A stretch of 64,000 nt of DNA from Candidatus Micrarchaeota archaeon. GTDB taxonomy: Archaea; Micrarchaeota; Micrarchaeia; Anstonellales; Bilamarchaeaceae. Positions 54,850 through 63,508 of the stretch are shown here, piece by piece (positions within the stretch are counted from its first letter, which is position 1; every line of letters begins with the position of its first letter). The notes beneath the pieces were generated by a model that had not been told where the DNA came from, did not search any database, and was given only the letters and a program-made list of their open reading frames with translations. Where the stretch lies: positions 81-64,080 of the forward strand of contig JBFLVW010000059.1 in NCBI GenBank assembly GCA_040758235.1. Reading direction: 5' to 3'. Position numbers and translations under genes: made by a program.

Positions 54850-55021
54850 GGCCAGTCATGCGCGCCCGGGCTATTTATTTTTTTGTCTGTTGCCCGTGCC
54901 TTCGAGCTCGGGGCTGCGGATATCCTCGACCGGCCCACGCAGCCCTAGTCAATACTGGTACTGCGTGCATATAGAAAACAGAAGAGAAGCGACGTTTATA
55001 CGGAGATTGGGAAGACAGAGG

Positions 55022-55642
55022 TTAGCTGCCGTGCATCTGGTTTATGTTGCCGACCAGCGTCTCAAGGTCGCAGACTTTTCCGCCTACCGTGAGCAGGATC
55101 GCTTCCTCCACCTGCCCCTCGCTGCACTCGAGCGCCGAGGTATCCGGAACCGAGAAATCGGCCACGCTCGATTCCCCGAAAAGCACGGATTCGGTGCGCA
55201 GTTCGTCCATGAACCAGTCGCAGTCGAGGATTATCTTCCCATCGGGGCAGCCGAAATACGTCCTGCCTTCCCGCAGTATCGCGACCGGCCCCTCGCACTG
55301 CGCGGAGGAACCCAAAACGGGCTGGACCTGAGTGCCGTAGGCCGTCTCGTAGGCTGTCGTCCCGTACGAATCGGAGCAGATTTTCACGTCTGCCAGTTTT
55401 CGGGGCGGGGAAGCCGGCTGGTTTTGGGGAGTTTCCTGGTCGGGCTCTGCAGGAACGGTTTCCGGCTCCTGCTCCGGAATTTCCGGAAAGTCCGGCGGCT
55501 CCGCTCCAGCAGGCGGCGGGGTGTATGCAGCTATGGGAATCTTCCCCTTCATCACGGGTTCCGGAGGGGAATCGTCCAATCCCACAAGAATAGCGCTGAC
55601 GAAAAGAAGGACCGGAGTCATTGCCAGGAGCATCTGCCTCAT
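55022..55642 (-). CDS. Secreted protein, CDW-motif family paralog 2
   Basis: Signal anchor MRQMLLAMTPVLLFVSAILVG without a lipobox Cys. Pro/Glu-rich linker. Module YFGCPDGKIILDCDWF. The track start 55663 is a GTG; the ATG is at 55642. Confidence 0.55.
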   Translation of the reverse strand: MRQMLLAMTPVLLFVSAILVGLDDSPPEPVMKGKIPIAAYTPPPAGAEPPDFPEIPEQEPETVPAEPDQETPQNQPASPPRKLADVKICSDSYGTTAYETAYGTQVQPVLGSSAQCEGPVAILREGRTYFGCPDGKIILDCDWFMDELRTESVLFGESSVADFSVPDTSALECSEGQVEEAILLTVGGKVCDLETLVGNINQMHGS

Positions 55643-55682
55643 GGCATAACAGTATGCTGGCACAATCTTATAAAGGTGCCAA

Positions 55683-56669
55683 TCATCGCTGGCGCTCCCT
55701 CTGCTGCGGCACCGGCAGCGTCGCGGGGCTGACAGGGATATTCGCCCTCTCGGCAGCCTGCCGCAGGGCGGGATTGTCGGTTATTATCTCGTAACGTTCG
55801 GGCCGGCCGAGGTCCCCGTAGATCCTGAGCGTCCCCGCAGGGCGCGACTCGCCCGGCCGGAATGGGTTCCGCTCCGAGATGGAATAGTCCGTATACAGCC
55901 TGCGCTCGCCGGCGAAAACGGAGCTGGAGCCGTCAGCTTCCATGTATCTCATCATGCCGGTGTTCGGCCCTCCTCCGATTGTGGGCATCGGCACTGCGGT
56001 GCTCGGGCCGAGGTCCATCACGATTCCCGGGTCGACGCTGCGCGCCCGATGCTCGATGGCGGCAAGGGAAAGGGGGTCCGGAGCTGAGAACGACGTCCCG
56101 CCGAACGCCCTCCCCACGTTCCCGAGGATGCGGTCCCTTCCGGCAGTCGGCGATTGTGCGGCAGCTTCCCCCCTCTGCCGGGCGGGAGTCGTGGGCGCCG
56201 TTTCAGGCGACATCATAATCCTGATTGCTTCTTCCATCGTCCGCGCCCGGATGTCAGGCTCCCTCATCTGCTGCATGGACTCCATCATCCTGCGGTAGAT
56301 GTCGGAAATCGTTTCCCTCGCCTGCTGCCTGGTGCGTATGGCTTCAAGCGCGCGCAAAACGGTCGGGTCCGAAGTGGTGACCGAGAATGAGGTGGGCGAC
56401 GACGAACCCGTTGCGTACCGCACTTCCACGCTGGCGAGGGCCCCCGTTCCATTTTCTGCGACCGCCCGGAAGCCCGCGGCGTTGATTTCCCCCTGGTTGT
56501 TACCCTGGACTATGAACGTCCTGGAATACATATAGCCCGAGCCGTTATATGCGACGGCATTGTCGAAAGCACCGTAATTGTCGCCGAGCCTTTCCATCAG
56601 CCTTGTCCACTGTTCCGGAGTCAGTTCCACAGTCCTTTCCGCGGGCGAGCCTGCCATGTTATCACGCAC
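55683..56669 (-). CDS. Hypothetical soluble protein (328 aa) embedded in the paralog cluster
   Basis: No signal peptide. Ala/Arg/Thr-rich. No family assignment. Confidence 0.45.
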   Translation of the reverse strand: MRDNMAGSPAERTVELTPEQWTRLMERLGDNYGAFDNAVAYNGSGYMYSRTFIVQGNNQGEINAAGFRAVAENGTGALASVEVRYATGSSSPTSFSVTTSDPTVLRALEAIRTRQQARETISDIYRRMMESMQQMREPDIRARTMEEAIRIMMSPETAPTTPARQRGEAAAQSPTAGRDRILGNVGRAFGGTSFSAPDPLSLAAIEHRARSVDPGIVMDLGPSTAVPMPTIGGGPNTGMMRYMEADGSSSVFAGERRLYTDYSISERNPFRPGESRPAGTLRIYGDLGRPERYEIITDNPALRQAAERANIPVSPATLPVPQQRERQR

Positions 56670-56693
56670 ATGAATTGGGGGGCAACAATTAAA

Positions 56694-57278
56694 TCAGAGG
56701 TGGCAGGAGTTGCCGGGCGTGGAGAAGCTTTCGGAGGAGTATTCCCAGTCGGCGCACAAAATCTGCGACGGGGAGACGTCCCTGAAGTTGAAGGTGGAGG
56801 AGACGCCCGGCTCTGCCGGGTCGTAATCCGAGCGGAACCAGTCGCAGGAGGGCATCACCATCTTGCCCTCGCATCCAACATAGACTCTCGTCCCCCGGAC
56901 AATCGATATGGTCTTCGAGCACTGCGCCATCCCCGCGCCCCCGACCGTCTCGACGCGAAGCTCGTCCCCGCCCTTCATGTAGACTTTGCTGTAGCCGGGC
57001 TTGCCCTGCCACGTGTAGTTTATTTCGCAGACAAGGGGGACGTCGAGCGCAACGAGCCAGGCGAACGTTTTTCCGGAATATTTGTTATCGGATGGCGGCG
57101 GGGCCGGATTCGCGGGTTCGGAAGGAGAGGTTGTTCCGGGTGAGGGCGGGGTGGCGTTTTCGGGGACGGGCTGCTGCGGAGCCGGGGGCTGGGCCTGGGT
57201 TCCCGGAGCCTGGTCCGCGGCCTGGGAAGCGCATCCGAGGAGCAGAAGGAAGGCTATTGCGAAAAAGGCATATTTCAT
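56694..57278 (-). CDS. Secreted lipoprotein, CDW-motif family paralog 3 (194 aa)
   Basis: Lipobox LLLLGCASQ. Pro-rich linker (PPAPQQPVPENATPPSPGTTSPSEPANPAPPPS). Module YVGCEGKMVMPSCDWF. Confidence 0.6.
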   Translation of the reverse strand: MKYAFFAIAFLLLLGCASQAADQAPGTQAQPPAPQQPVPENATPPSPGTTSPSEPANPAPPPSDNKYSGKTFAWLVALDVPLVCEINYTWQGKPGYSKVYMKGGDELRVETVGGAGMAQCSKTISIVRGTRVYVGCEGKMVMPSCDWFRSDYDPAEPGVSSTFNFRDVSPSQILCADWEYSSESFSTPGNSCHL

Positions 57279-57414
57279 CGTTTCACCATTATCGAGACTG
57301 GAAACCGAAAACCGGGAACCGCATCAGAGAAATTATAAGATGAAAATAATGGGGGGTTGACCACCAACCAGAAGGAGGGATGGGTGGGTGGAATGGTGGT
57401 TCCCCGCCATGAGC

Positions 57415-58110
57415 CTAATCGTACTCTTCATAGTTTCCATAGTTCCCCATGCTGCTCAAATCGCACACTTTGCCGCCGGTGTCGAACTTCGAAGCGTCGT
57501 ACACCCAGGCCCTGCAGTCGAGGTCAGAAGGCGGTATGTCGGAGAAGTCCGTGTCCACCTCAGTTCCGCCGGTGGTCGACACCTGGCCCTGCATGGTGCC
57601 GTTCCCTTCGAGCGTGAACACCAGCCAGTCGCAGCCGGGCATGAACTGCCCGTCGGGGCATCCCATGTACATTTTCTTCTCGTTGTTCTTCATGATGACG
57701 ACCATTTCCTGGCACCCTTGGGCGTTCTGGGTCGGGGACTCGACGCGGAGCGTGGACGAGTCCTTCATGTAGAGCCGGGATGTGACCGTGGTGCCGTTAG
57801 AGGTCGTTGTGACGTCGCATTCAAGAGGCACGCCGAGAGCGACGAGCGCGGCGTATTCCATGCCGGCGTAACCATTGCCGGAGGGCTGCGCGGGCGCGTT
57901 GTCGCCTCCCGAGGGGGGAGCCTCAGGCTCCTCTTCCATCGTTCCGCCCTGCCCTTCCCCAGGGGCGCCCGTTTCACCCCCCGTCGCGGGGGCGGTGGTT
58001 CCGCCCTGCGGGGCCGGGCCGGTCATGTTCGTCTGGTTGGAAGGCTGCTGGCCTCCGCAACCGAAAAGCAATAGGGATACAACAAGCAATGACAGTATCG
58101 CGCCTCTCAT
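57415..58110 (-). CDS. Secreted lipoprotein, CDW-motif family paralog 4
   Basis: Lipobox LLLFGCGGQ. Gly/Pro-rich linker. Module YMGCPDGQFMPGCDWL. Start taken at the in-frame Met (MRGAILSL); the track ORF extends to 58173. Coordinate accuracy is about plus or minus 1 nt (see rejected notes). Confidence 0.55.
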   Translation of the reverse strand: MRGAILSLLVVSLLLFGCGGQQPSNQTNMTGPAPQGGTTAPATGGETGAPGEGQGGTMEEEPEAPPSGGDNAPAQPSGNGYAGMEYAALVALGVPLECDVTTTSNGTTVTSRLYMKDSSTLRVESPTQNAQGCQEMVVIMKNNEKKMYMGCPDGQFMPGCDWLVFTLEGNGTMQGQVSTTGGTEVDTDFSDIPPSDLDCRAWVYDASKFDTGGKVCDLSSMGNYGNYEEYD

Positions 58111-58230
58111 GCGATGGGATACAAAGTCAAGGTTTTTAAAACATAGTGTCCCCACGACGGCGATTCTGGACATGAAAGACCATGATTGGCCCGCGAATGG
58201 TTTTTATTGCTGACATGAGAAGGTTAACCC

Positions 58231-59184
58231 GTGTCTTCTCTTGAGTGCAGGTTCTTCGGCAGGAAAATCAAGAACCCGGTAATCCTCGCATCAGGCATCC
58301 TGGGGATGACGAAGGCCGCCCTTGAAACCGCCTGCGAAAACGGGTGCGGGGGCGTGATAGCGAAATCCCTCACGCTCGAGCCGCGCAAGGGCCACGAGGG
58401 CCCGAACATCGTGGAGACCGAGTGCGGGATGCTGAACGCGATGGGCTACCCCAATCCAGGCATCTCGCTCGGCCTCGCTGAGTTCGGCGGGTGGGCGCGC
58501 CCCGAGGCGCTGGTTATAAGCATCGTGGGAAAGGACGCGAAGGAGTTCGGGCTTCTCGCTGAAAAAGTCGAGGCGGCGAAGGGGAGCCTCGGCGCAAGCG
58601 CGCTCGAGGCGGTGATTTCCTGCCCGCACACGCCGGGCTACGGCACAATGGCAGGGCAGGGGACTCCAGAAAGCGTCGGCGAGATAACACGTGCGATAAA
58701 GGAAAAGACCGGGCTTCCCCTCATCATCAAGCTTTCCCCCTCGGTCCCGGGAGAGGGGAAGGCGGCGGAAGCCGCTGAGGAGGCCGGCGCGTCCGCGATA
58801 AACATGGGGAACTCGCTCGGGCCGGGAATGAAGATTGACATCGCGAGGAAGAAGCCCGTTTTGGGGTTCGGCGTGGGGGGGCTTACGGGCCCGGCAATCA
58901 AGCCGGTCATCGTCCGCGCGGTATATGATATATACAAGAGCGTGGAAATCCCGATAATAGGGACGGGCGGGATAACGACCGGGGAGGACGCGATAGAGAT
59001 GATGATGGCCGGGGCGAGCTGGGCGAGCGTCGGGACGGCCGCTTATTTCAGGGGGCCGCGCGCCTTCGCGGAGATTGCCGGAGAGATGGAAGCCTGGATG
59101 AGGGAGAACGGATACTCCAAAGTGAACGAAATCATCGGTGTGGCGCATGAAAAGGTTCGGGACCATAAATCCGATATTTACTAG
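58231..59184 (+). CDS. pyrD: Dihydroorotate dehydrogenase, catalytic subunit (class 1B)
   Basis: NPVILASG, TM-barrel DHOD motifs, and GGITTGEDA. GTG start at 58231, with no in-frame ATG near the conserved N-terminus. Confidence 0.9.
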   Translation: MSSLECRFFGRKIKNPVILASGILGMTKAALETACENGCGGVIAKSLTLEPRKGHEGPNIVETECGMLNAMGYPNPGISLGLAEFGGWARPEALVISIVGKDAKEFGLLAEKVEAAKGSLGASALEAVISCPHTPGYGTMAGQGTPESVGEITRAIKEKTGLPLIIKLSPSVPGEGKAAEAAEEAGASAINMGNSLGPGMKIDIARKKPVLGFGVGGLTGPAIKPVIVRAVYDIYKSVEIPIIGTGGITTGEDAIEMMMAGASWASVGTAAYFRGPRAFAEIAGEMEAWMRENGYSKVNEIIGVAHEKVRDHKSDIY

Positions 59185-59947
59185 CCGCGTGAAGAAGGTC
59201 ATAGCGGAGAACTACCGCGTGAAGACGATAGAGGTAGGCCGCGACATGGAGAAGGCCCTGCCCGGCCAGTTCCTTATGGTGTGGGTTCCGGGGGCCGGCG
59301 AGCGGCCGATGAGCATAGGAAACGGAAGCCCGCTCACGATATCCGTCGCGGACGTGGGGAAGGTCTCTTCTGAAATCTGCAGGCTGAAGGAAGGGGACCT
59401 GATATCCTACCGCGGCCCGTTCGGAAAGCCGTTCATGATACCCGAGGGGGCGAAGCGCATACTCTGCGTAGGCGGGGGATACGGAGTCGTCCCCATGTAT
59501 TTCCTCTCCAAGGTCGCGAAAGAGAACGGAATCGAATCCCTCGCGGTCATAGGGGGACGGAGCGAGCGGGACATAATCTGGGAAAAGCAGCTTTTTTTGG
59601 TGTGCAAAGAGGTATTCATAACCACCGACGACGGCTCGCGGGGCAAGAAAGGCACCGTGATGGTGGAGGCTCAATGGCTCATCGAGAGCAGGAAGGTCGA
59701 TTGCGTGTATGCGTGCGGCCCGGAAAAAATGATGGAGGCGCTCGCGAAGCTCTGCAGGCAGCATTCGGTGCCCTGCCAGGTCAGCGTGGAGAGATACATG
59801 AAATGCGGCATGGGCGTATGCGGCTCGTGCGACATCAGCGGGAAATTCGCCTGCATAGACGGCCCGGTCATGAGCGGCGAGGAGGCGCTTTCGCTTCCTG
59901 ATTTCGGAAAGGCGCACAGGGACGCGGCGGGAGTGCTGCATCGCTAG
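59147..59947 (+). CDS. pyrK: Dihydroorotate dehydrogenase electron-transfer subunit
   Basis: FAD/NAD-binding PyrK-like sequence with a C-terminal Cys cluster CGMGVCGSCD (2Fe-2S). Overlaps the pyrD end. The start could be GTG 59138 or ATG 59147. Confidence 0.8.
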   Translation: MKRFGTINPIFTSRVKKVIAENYRVKTIEVGRDMEKALPGQFLMVWVPGAGERPMSIGNGSPLTISVADVGKVSSEICRLKEGDLISYRGPFGKPFMIPEGAKRILCVGGGYGVVPMYFLSKVAKENGIESLAVIGGRSERDIIWEKQLFLVCKEVFITTDDGSRGKKGTVMVEAQWLIESRKVDCVYACGPEKMMEALAKLCRQHSVPCQVSVERYMKCGMGVCGSCDISGKFACIDGPVMSGEEALSLPDFGKAHRDAAGVLHR

Positions 59948-59959
59948 GAAAGGGAGAAT

Positions 59960-60880
59960 ATGGAACTCGTCCACTCTGACGGATACAGGATGTACAGCGC
60001 ACGGGACGGCAGGATTCCGGAAAAGACGTTCATAATCTGCTCGGAGCACTCCTCCGGGATACTTTTCCGGCCCCATATAGCCGGGAAAGAGCTTCTCGAC
60101 CGCACGGAGAAAATGGCCGAAATTTTCATGGACGCCCTCGGCCGCGAGGTCCTGAAGGGCAGCAGGACCGAAGATTTGACCGAGCTCGTATTCCTCGCAG
60201 GCGGTCTTTATTACCAGCTCAACAGCGGCTTCCGCAGGAGGTTCGGTATGGCCCTCCCCCAGTGCTTTTTGGGGATAAAGCGCCAGAGAGTGGAGGGAAG
60301 CGAGGGGGAGTTCACCGCGGTAGCGACATACGAGAATTTCGAGTCCCTTCCCGACAACGGGACCGTGATAATCGGGGACACGATTGCGACCGGCGCCACG
60401 CTCCAGAAGGGGATATACCATCTGCTCGACGCACTCGCAACGAAAAAATACCGGCTGAAGAACCTCGTGATATGCTCGCTCGCATGCTCGATAGACGGGG
60501 CTGTGCTGCTGAAGGAGGTGGAAACGCGCGTCCGCGCCGAGCATACTGGCGCGAACGTCTGGCTTTTCGTGGCGGAAGAGCTGTTCCACCTCATGCCGGA
60601 CGGCACGGACCTGAGGTTCCTGTATGAGGACGCCCTCATGCCGAACGAGACGCGCAAGAGGATAATGGACACCTATGGCGAGTACCTGGGAAAAGAGATG
60701 AAGTGCGCGGTCTTCGACTGGGGGACGCGCTGCAAGAACCCGCTCCGGCACTTCGCGGAGTTCATGGAGTTCGTCCATGAGATGAAAAAGAGGGAGCTGG
60801 ACCCGAAAAGCTCCGGGGTCCTCTCCGGCATGGAGAGCGAGACCAAAAAAATGATTGCGGAGTTCAGCAGGCCTCTTTGA
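59960..60880 (+). CDS. Phosphoribosyltransferase-like protein (uracil-PRTase-like PRPP loop), 306 aa
   Basis: Motif VIIGDTIATGATL resembles the UPRT DPMLATG-type PRPP loop. It is longer than canonical UPRT. ATG is preceded by GGAAAGGGAG. Confidence 0.45.
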   Translation: MELVHSDGYRMYSARDGRIPEKTFIICSEHSSGILFRPHIAGKELLDRTEKMAEIFMDALGREVLKGSRTEDLTELVFLAGGLYYQLNSGFRRRFGMALPQCFLGIKRQRVEGSEGEFTAVATYENFESLPDNGTVIIGDTIATGATLQKGIYHLLDALATKKYRLKNLVICSLACSIDGAVLLKEVETRVRAEHTGANVWLFVAEELFHLMPDGTDLRFLYEDALMPNETRKRIMDTYGEYLGKEMKCAVFDWGTRCKNPLRHFAEFMEFVHEMKKRELDPKSSGVLSGMESETKKMIAEFSRPL

Positions 60881-60883
60881 GCC

Positions 60884-61606
60884 TTACGGCAAAAAGCTCA
60901 CATCGCACCCGCACAGCCTTTCCGAAACGACTGAAAGGATGCGCTCCGCTTCGTATCTGCTTATCCCGTGCGGGATTATCCGGCGTATGCTCTCGCCGCC
61001 GAACTCCCGTATCACCGCTTCCTGGAACCCGGCCGAATCCGCGGTGAAGATGTATCCCCCTACGACGACGTCCCTTGCGGCGCGGCAGAATACGCGCGTG
61101 AGGTCGGTCCGGGCCTGCGGCGAGGTTATCGCGCCGCAGCCAAGCAGGCGGTAGGCCATCAGGCCCTTCTCGATTCGCGAATCGATCTTCGCTCCTGACA
61201 GCATACTGGCGCTGCCGCCGTCCTGGGCCCCCTCGATATGCCTGTCGATGCTGTCCATCGCATCGCGGAACCGCTCCACGAAAAAACTGCACAGCTTTTC
61301 CTGAGTGTCGTCCGGAATCGGGTTCGGGGAAGCTGAAGAGCGGTATGGCGTTTCGGGCATGGAGGGCGGCTCTTCCCCCGATGAGAGCGCAAAAATCATC
61401 CGGGCTATTTCCACGCACCCGCAAGTGGGGGATTGCGCGATTTCGAGAGCATATGCGATGCGCCGCTCCCGGGGAAGGCCTTCCCGCTCGAAACCGTCCC
61501 TTGCGAGGCTGACCATGGGCTCGCCGTTCGGGATTCCCCTCATGAAAGCGCGGGCGCGCTCGCCCATCGGATAAGCACTGGCTTCCCTTTGCCTTCCGGT
61601 AGTCAT
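60884..61606 (-). CDS. Hypothetical Cys-containing protein (240 aa)
   Basis: CGC motifs (TCGCVEIA, LGCGAI, LCGCDVSF). No family assignment. Confidence 0.4.
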   Translation of the reverse strand: MTTGRQREASAYPMGERARAFMRGIPNGEPMVSLARDGFEREGLPRERRIAYALEIAQSPTCGCVEIARMIFALSSGEEPPSMPETPYRSSASPNPIPDDTQEKLCSFFVERFRDAMDSIDRHIEGAQDGGSASMLSGAKIDSRIEKGLMAYRLLGCGAITSPQARTDLTRVFCRAARDVVVGGYIFTADSAGFQEAVIREFGGESIRRIIPHGISRYEAERILSVVSERLCGCDVSFLP

Positions 61607-61650
61607 TCAAAAGATTATAGCTATTACCACTTTAAAAAAATATGCCGGAA

Positions 61651-62754
61651 TCATTCCCTCTGGTCGGCCTGTGAAATCGAAAGCGCGATGTCTGCCAGGG
61701 CGCGGGCGGCTATTTCGACCGCGTTGGACTCCGCTCTCGCCGCAACCCGTTTCTCCTGCTGCGTCTCCGCGAACGATTTTCCGGGAATCGCCCCGATGGC
61801 CGCTGAAACCAGCCCGCTGTGGACCGGGACGCCCGCTTTCCTGAACTCCCCGGCAAGGACGTCGATCACGGGTTCCTCCATCTCGGTGCTGATGACGCCG
61901 TAGGTGTCCCTCAGCATGGCGAAGCCCTCTTCGCCAATCTCGGCGTAGAGCGAATCCTTCGAGAAGTTCGGACCGACGAAGTTCCGCAGGTCCATGGCAT
62001 CGGCGGCTTCCTGGAGCCGCAGGACGGTTCGCGTGGAGCATGAAGTCGCGAGGCTCTGGGCATCGTGGCTCAGGCGGAGCGAGCCGTACTGGGAAATCAT
62101 TTTCCGGAGCAGGTCGGCTTTCTCGGCTATGTTGATGCCGGTGTAGTTCAGGGACTGCATAGTGGATTGTATCAGCGCCCCTATCGAGCCGTAGCTCTCC
62201 GTCGCGATGAGGATGTCTCCTATCCCTATCCGCACTTCGCCCGGCGCGAAGCTGTTCACGCCCGCGCACGTTCCGGCCCGGATGACGTAGGCGGCATCGC
62301 TCCTGACGAATTTTCCCTTCAGCTGGTAGCCGTCGTGCCTCGCATAATACAGCGCTTCCTTGAGGTTTATCTGCGTGGCGGAGCAGCCCATCTGAGTTTC
62401 GACGACGGCGAGGGGGACGTCCAGCCCGGCCAGGCGGTATTTCCCGACAAGCATCGCCACGCGCCCGTACGCCCCGAGGCCGAACTTGCTTCGTGCCGAT
62501 TCGTCTATCATGACCGGGTTCTCGAGCTCGAGCAGCTCCCTGGCCTTCATCACGCGCACCCTGCTCCCGACCGCGATTATGAAAGGCGGCAGCATGCCGT
62601 TGTTCTCGCGCAGGTAGGGGATGTCCTTCCATTTCCCCAGTTCGTGGAGGTGGCCGACCGCCGTGTGCGAGCCGAGCGGCTTCACGGCGCCGCGCGCCTT
62701 GAGGATTTCGTTTTCACGGCTTCCGTTCTCCTTCGGTCCGCATCTTCCCGCCAT
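61651..62754 (-). CDS. Nucleoside phosphorylase family (PNP/UDP-1; uridine-phosphorylase-like) protein with extensions
   Basis: N-terminal region HLHELGKWKD...IIAVGSRVRVMKA parallels the Udp HLGLTKNDL...IVPGDPDRVEKIA. Core GTCAG and ATESYG motifs. 367 aa, compared with roughly 250 aa for a canonical Udp. Confidence 0.55.
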   Translation of the reverse strand: MAGRCGPKENGSRENEILKARGAVKPLGSHTAVGHLHELGKWKDIPYLRENNGMLPPFIIAVGSRVRVMKARELLELENPVMIDESARSKFGLGAYGRVAMLVGKYRLAGLDVPLAVVETQMGCSATQINLKEALYYARHDGYQLKGKFVRSDAAYVIRAGTCAGVNSFAPGEVRIGIGDILIATESYGSIGALIQSTMQSLNYTGINIAEKADLLRKMISQYGSLRLSHDAQSLATSCSTRTVLRLQEAADAMDLRNFVGPNFSKDSLYAEIGEEGFAMLRDTYGVISTEMEEPVIDVLAGEFRKAGVPVHSGLVSAAIGAIPGKSFAETQQEKRVAARAESNAVEIAARALADIALSISQADQRE

Positions 62755-62851
62755 AGAATCAGCCGGGGGTATATTGTGTCCAACCTTTAAGTAATGTGTG
62801 TTACTAAAAAAATAGTAGCTACTTATTTATAGGTAGAGCACTAATCTGGTT

Positions 62852-63508
62852 ATGGAATACGATATGGGCACTATTGATAATGCCGTCTCGGCGCTGAAAA
62901 AGGGCCGGATGGTCGTAGTCTACGACGGCGACGAGCGGGAGGGAGAGGCAGACCTGGTTCTTTCCGCGCGGTTCGCGACTCCGGAAGCCGTCGCGAGGAT
63001 GAGGAAGGACGCGGGCGGCCTGCTCTGCGCCGCGATGATGAAGGAGGACGCGGAGCGCATCGGCCTGCCATTCTTCACCGACCTGCTGGAAGCAGGGGAC
63101 GTCCGCCTGCGGGAGATAAGCTGCAGGACGACGGCATATGGCGACAAGCCGGCTTTTTCCCTGCCCGTCAACCACTGCCGCGTGTATACCGGCATCACGG
63201 ACAACGACAGGTCGCTGACCATCAGGATGCTGGACGAGGTCGTCCGGGAGAGGATAGGGGATTTCAGGAAGGAGTTCTATTCGCCCGGCCATGTGTTCCT
63301 GCTCATCGGGCGCGGACTCGCGAACAGGCGGGGGCACACCGAGCTCGCGCTTGAGCTTGCAGGGAGGGCGGGCCTCGGCGGCGCGGTCGCGCTCTGCGAG
63401 ATGCTGGGGAGGGGAAACGCCCTTTCGAAAAGGATGGCGCAGGCGTATGCAAAAAGGAACGGGCTGGTTTTCATCGAGGGCAAGGACATTGCAGGTGGGC
63501 GGGCATGA
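62852..63508 (+). CDS. ribB: 3,4-dihydroxy-2-butanone-4-phosphate synthase
   Basis: GRMVVVYDGDEREGEADLV and HTE motifs of DHBP synthase. ATG confirmed. Confidence 0.9.
   Translation: MEYDMGTIDNAVSALKKGRMVVVYDGDEREGEADLVLSARFATPEAVARMRKDAGGLLCAAMMKEDAERIGLPFFTDLLEAGDVRLREISCRTTAYGDKPAFSLPVNHCRVYTGITDNDRSLTIRMLDEVVRERIGDFRKEFYSPGHVFLLIGRGLANRRGHTELALELAGRAGLGGAVALCEMLGRGNALSKRMAQAYAKRNGLVFIEGKDIAGGRA

Noticed and set aside
58128-58145. A T5/A5 homopolymer run where my manual translation of the printed sequence gives an in-frame stop, although the track ORF 57415-58173 reads through
   Set aside because: This is most likely my own miscount of a homopolymer by one base, since the track ORF length is a clean multiple of three. 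It is noted only because a genuine homopolymer length error or frameshift here would move the paralog-4 start.
59132-60778. 548-aa antisense ORF across pyrK and the PRTase-like gene
   Set aside because: It is antisense to two motif-bearing genes and has a low-complexity His/Arg/Pro-rich product.
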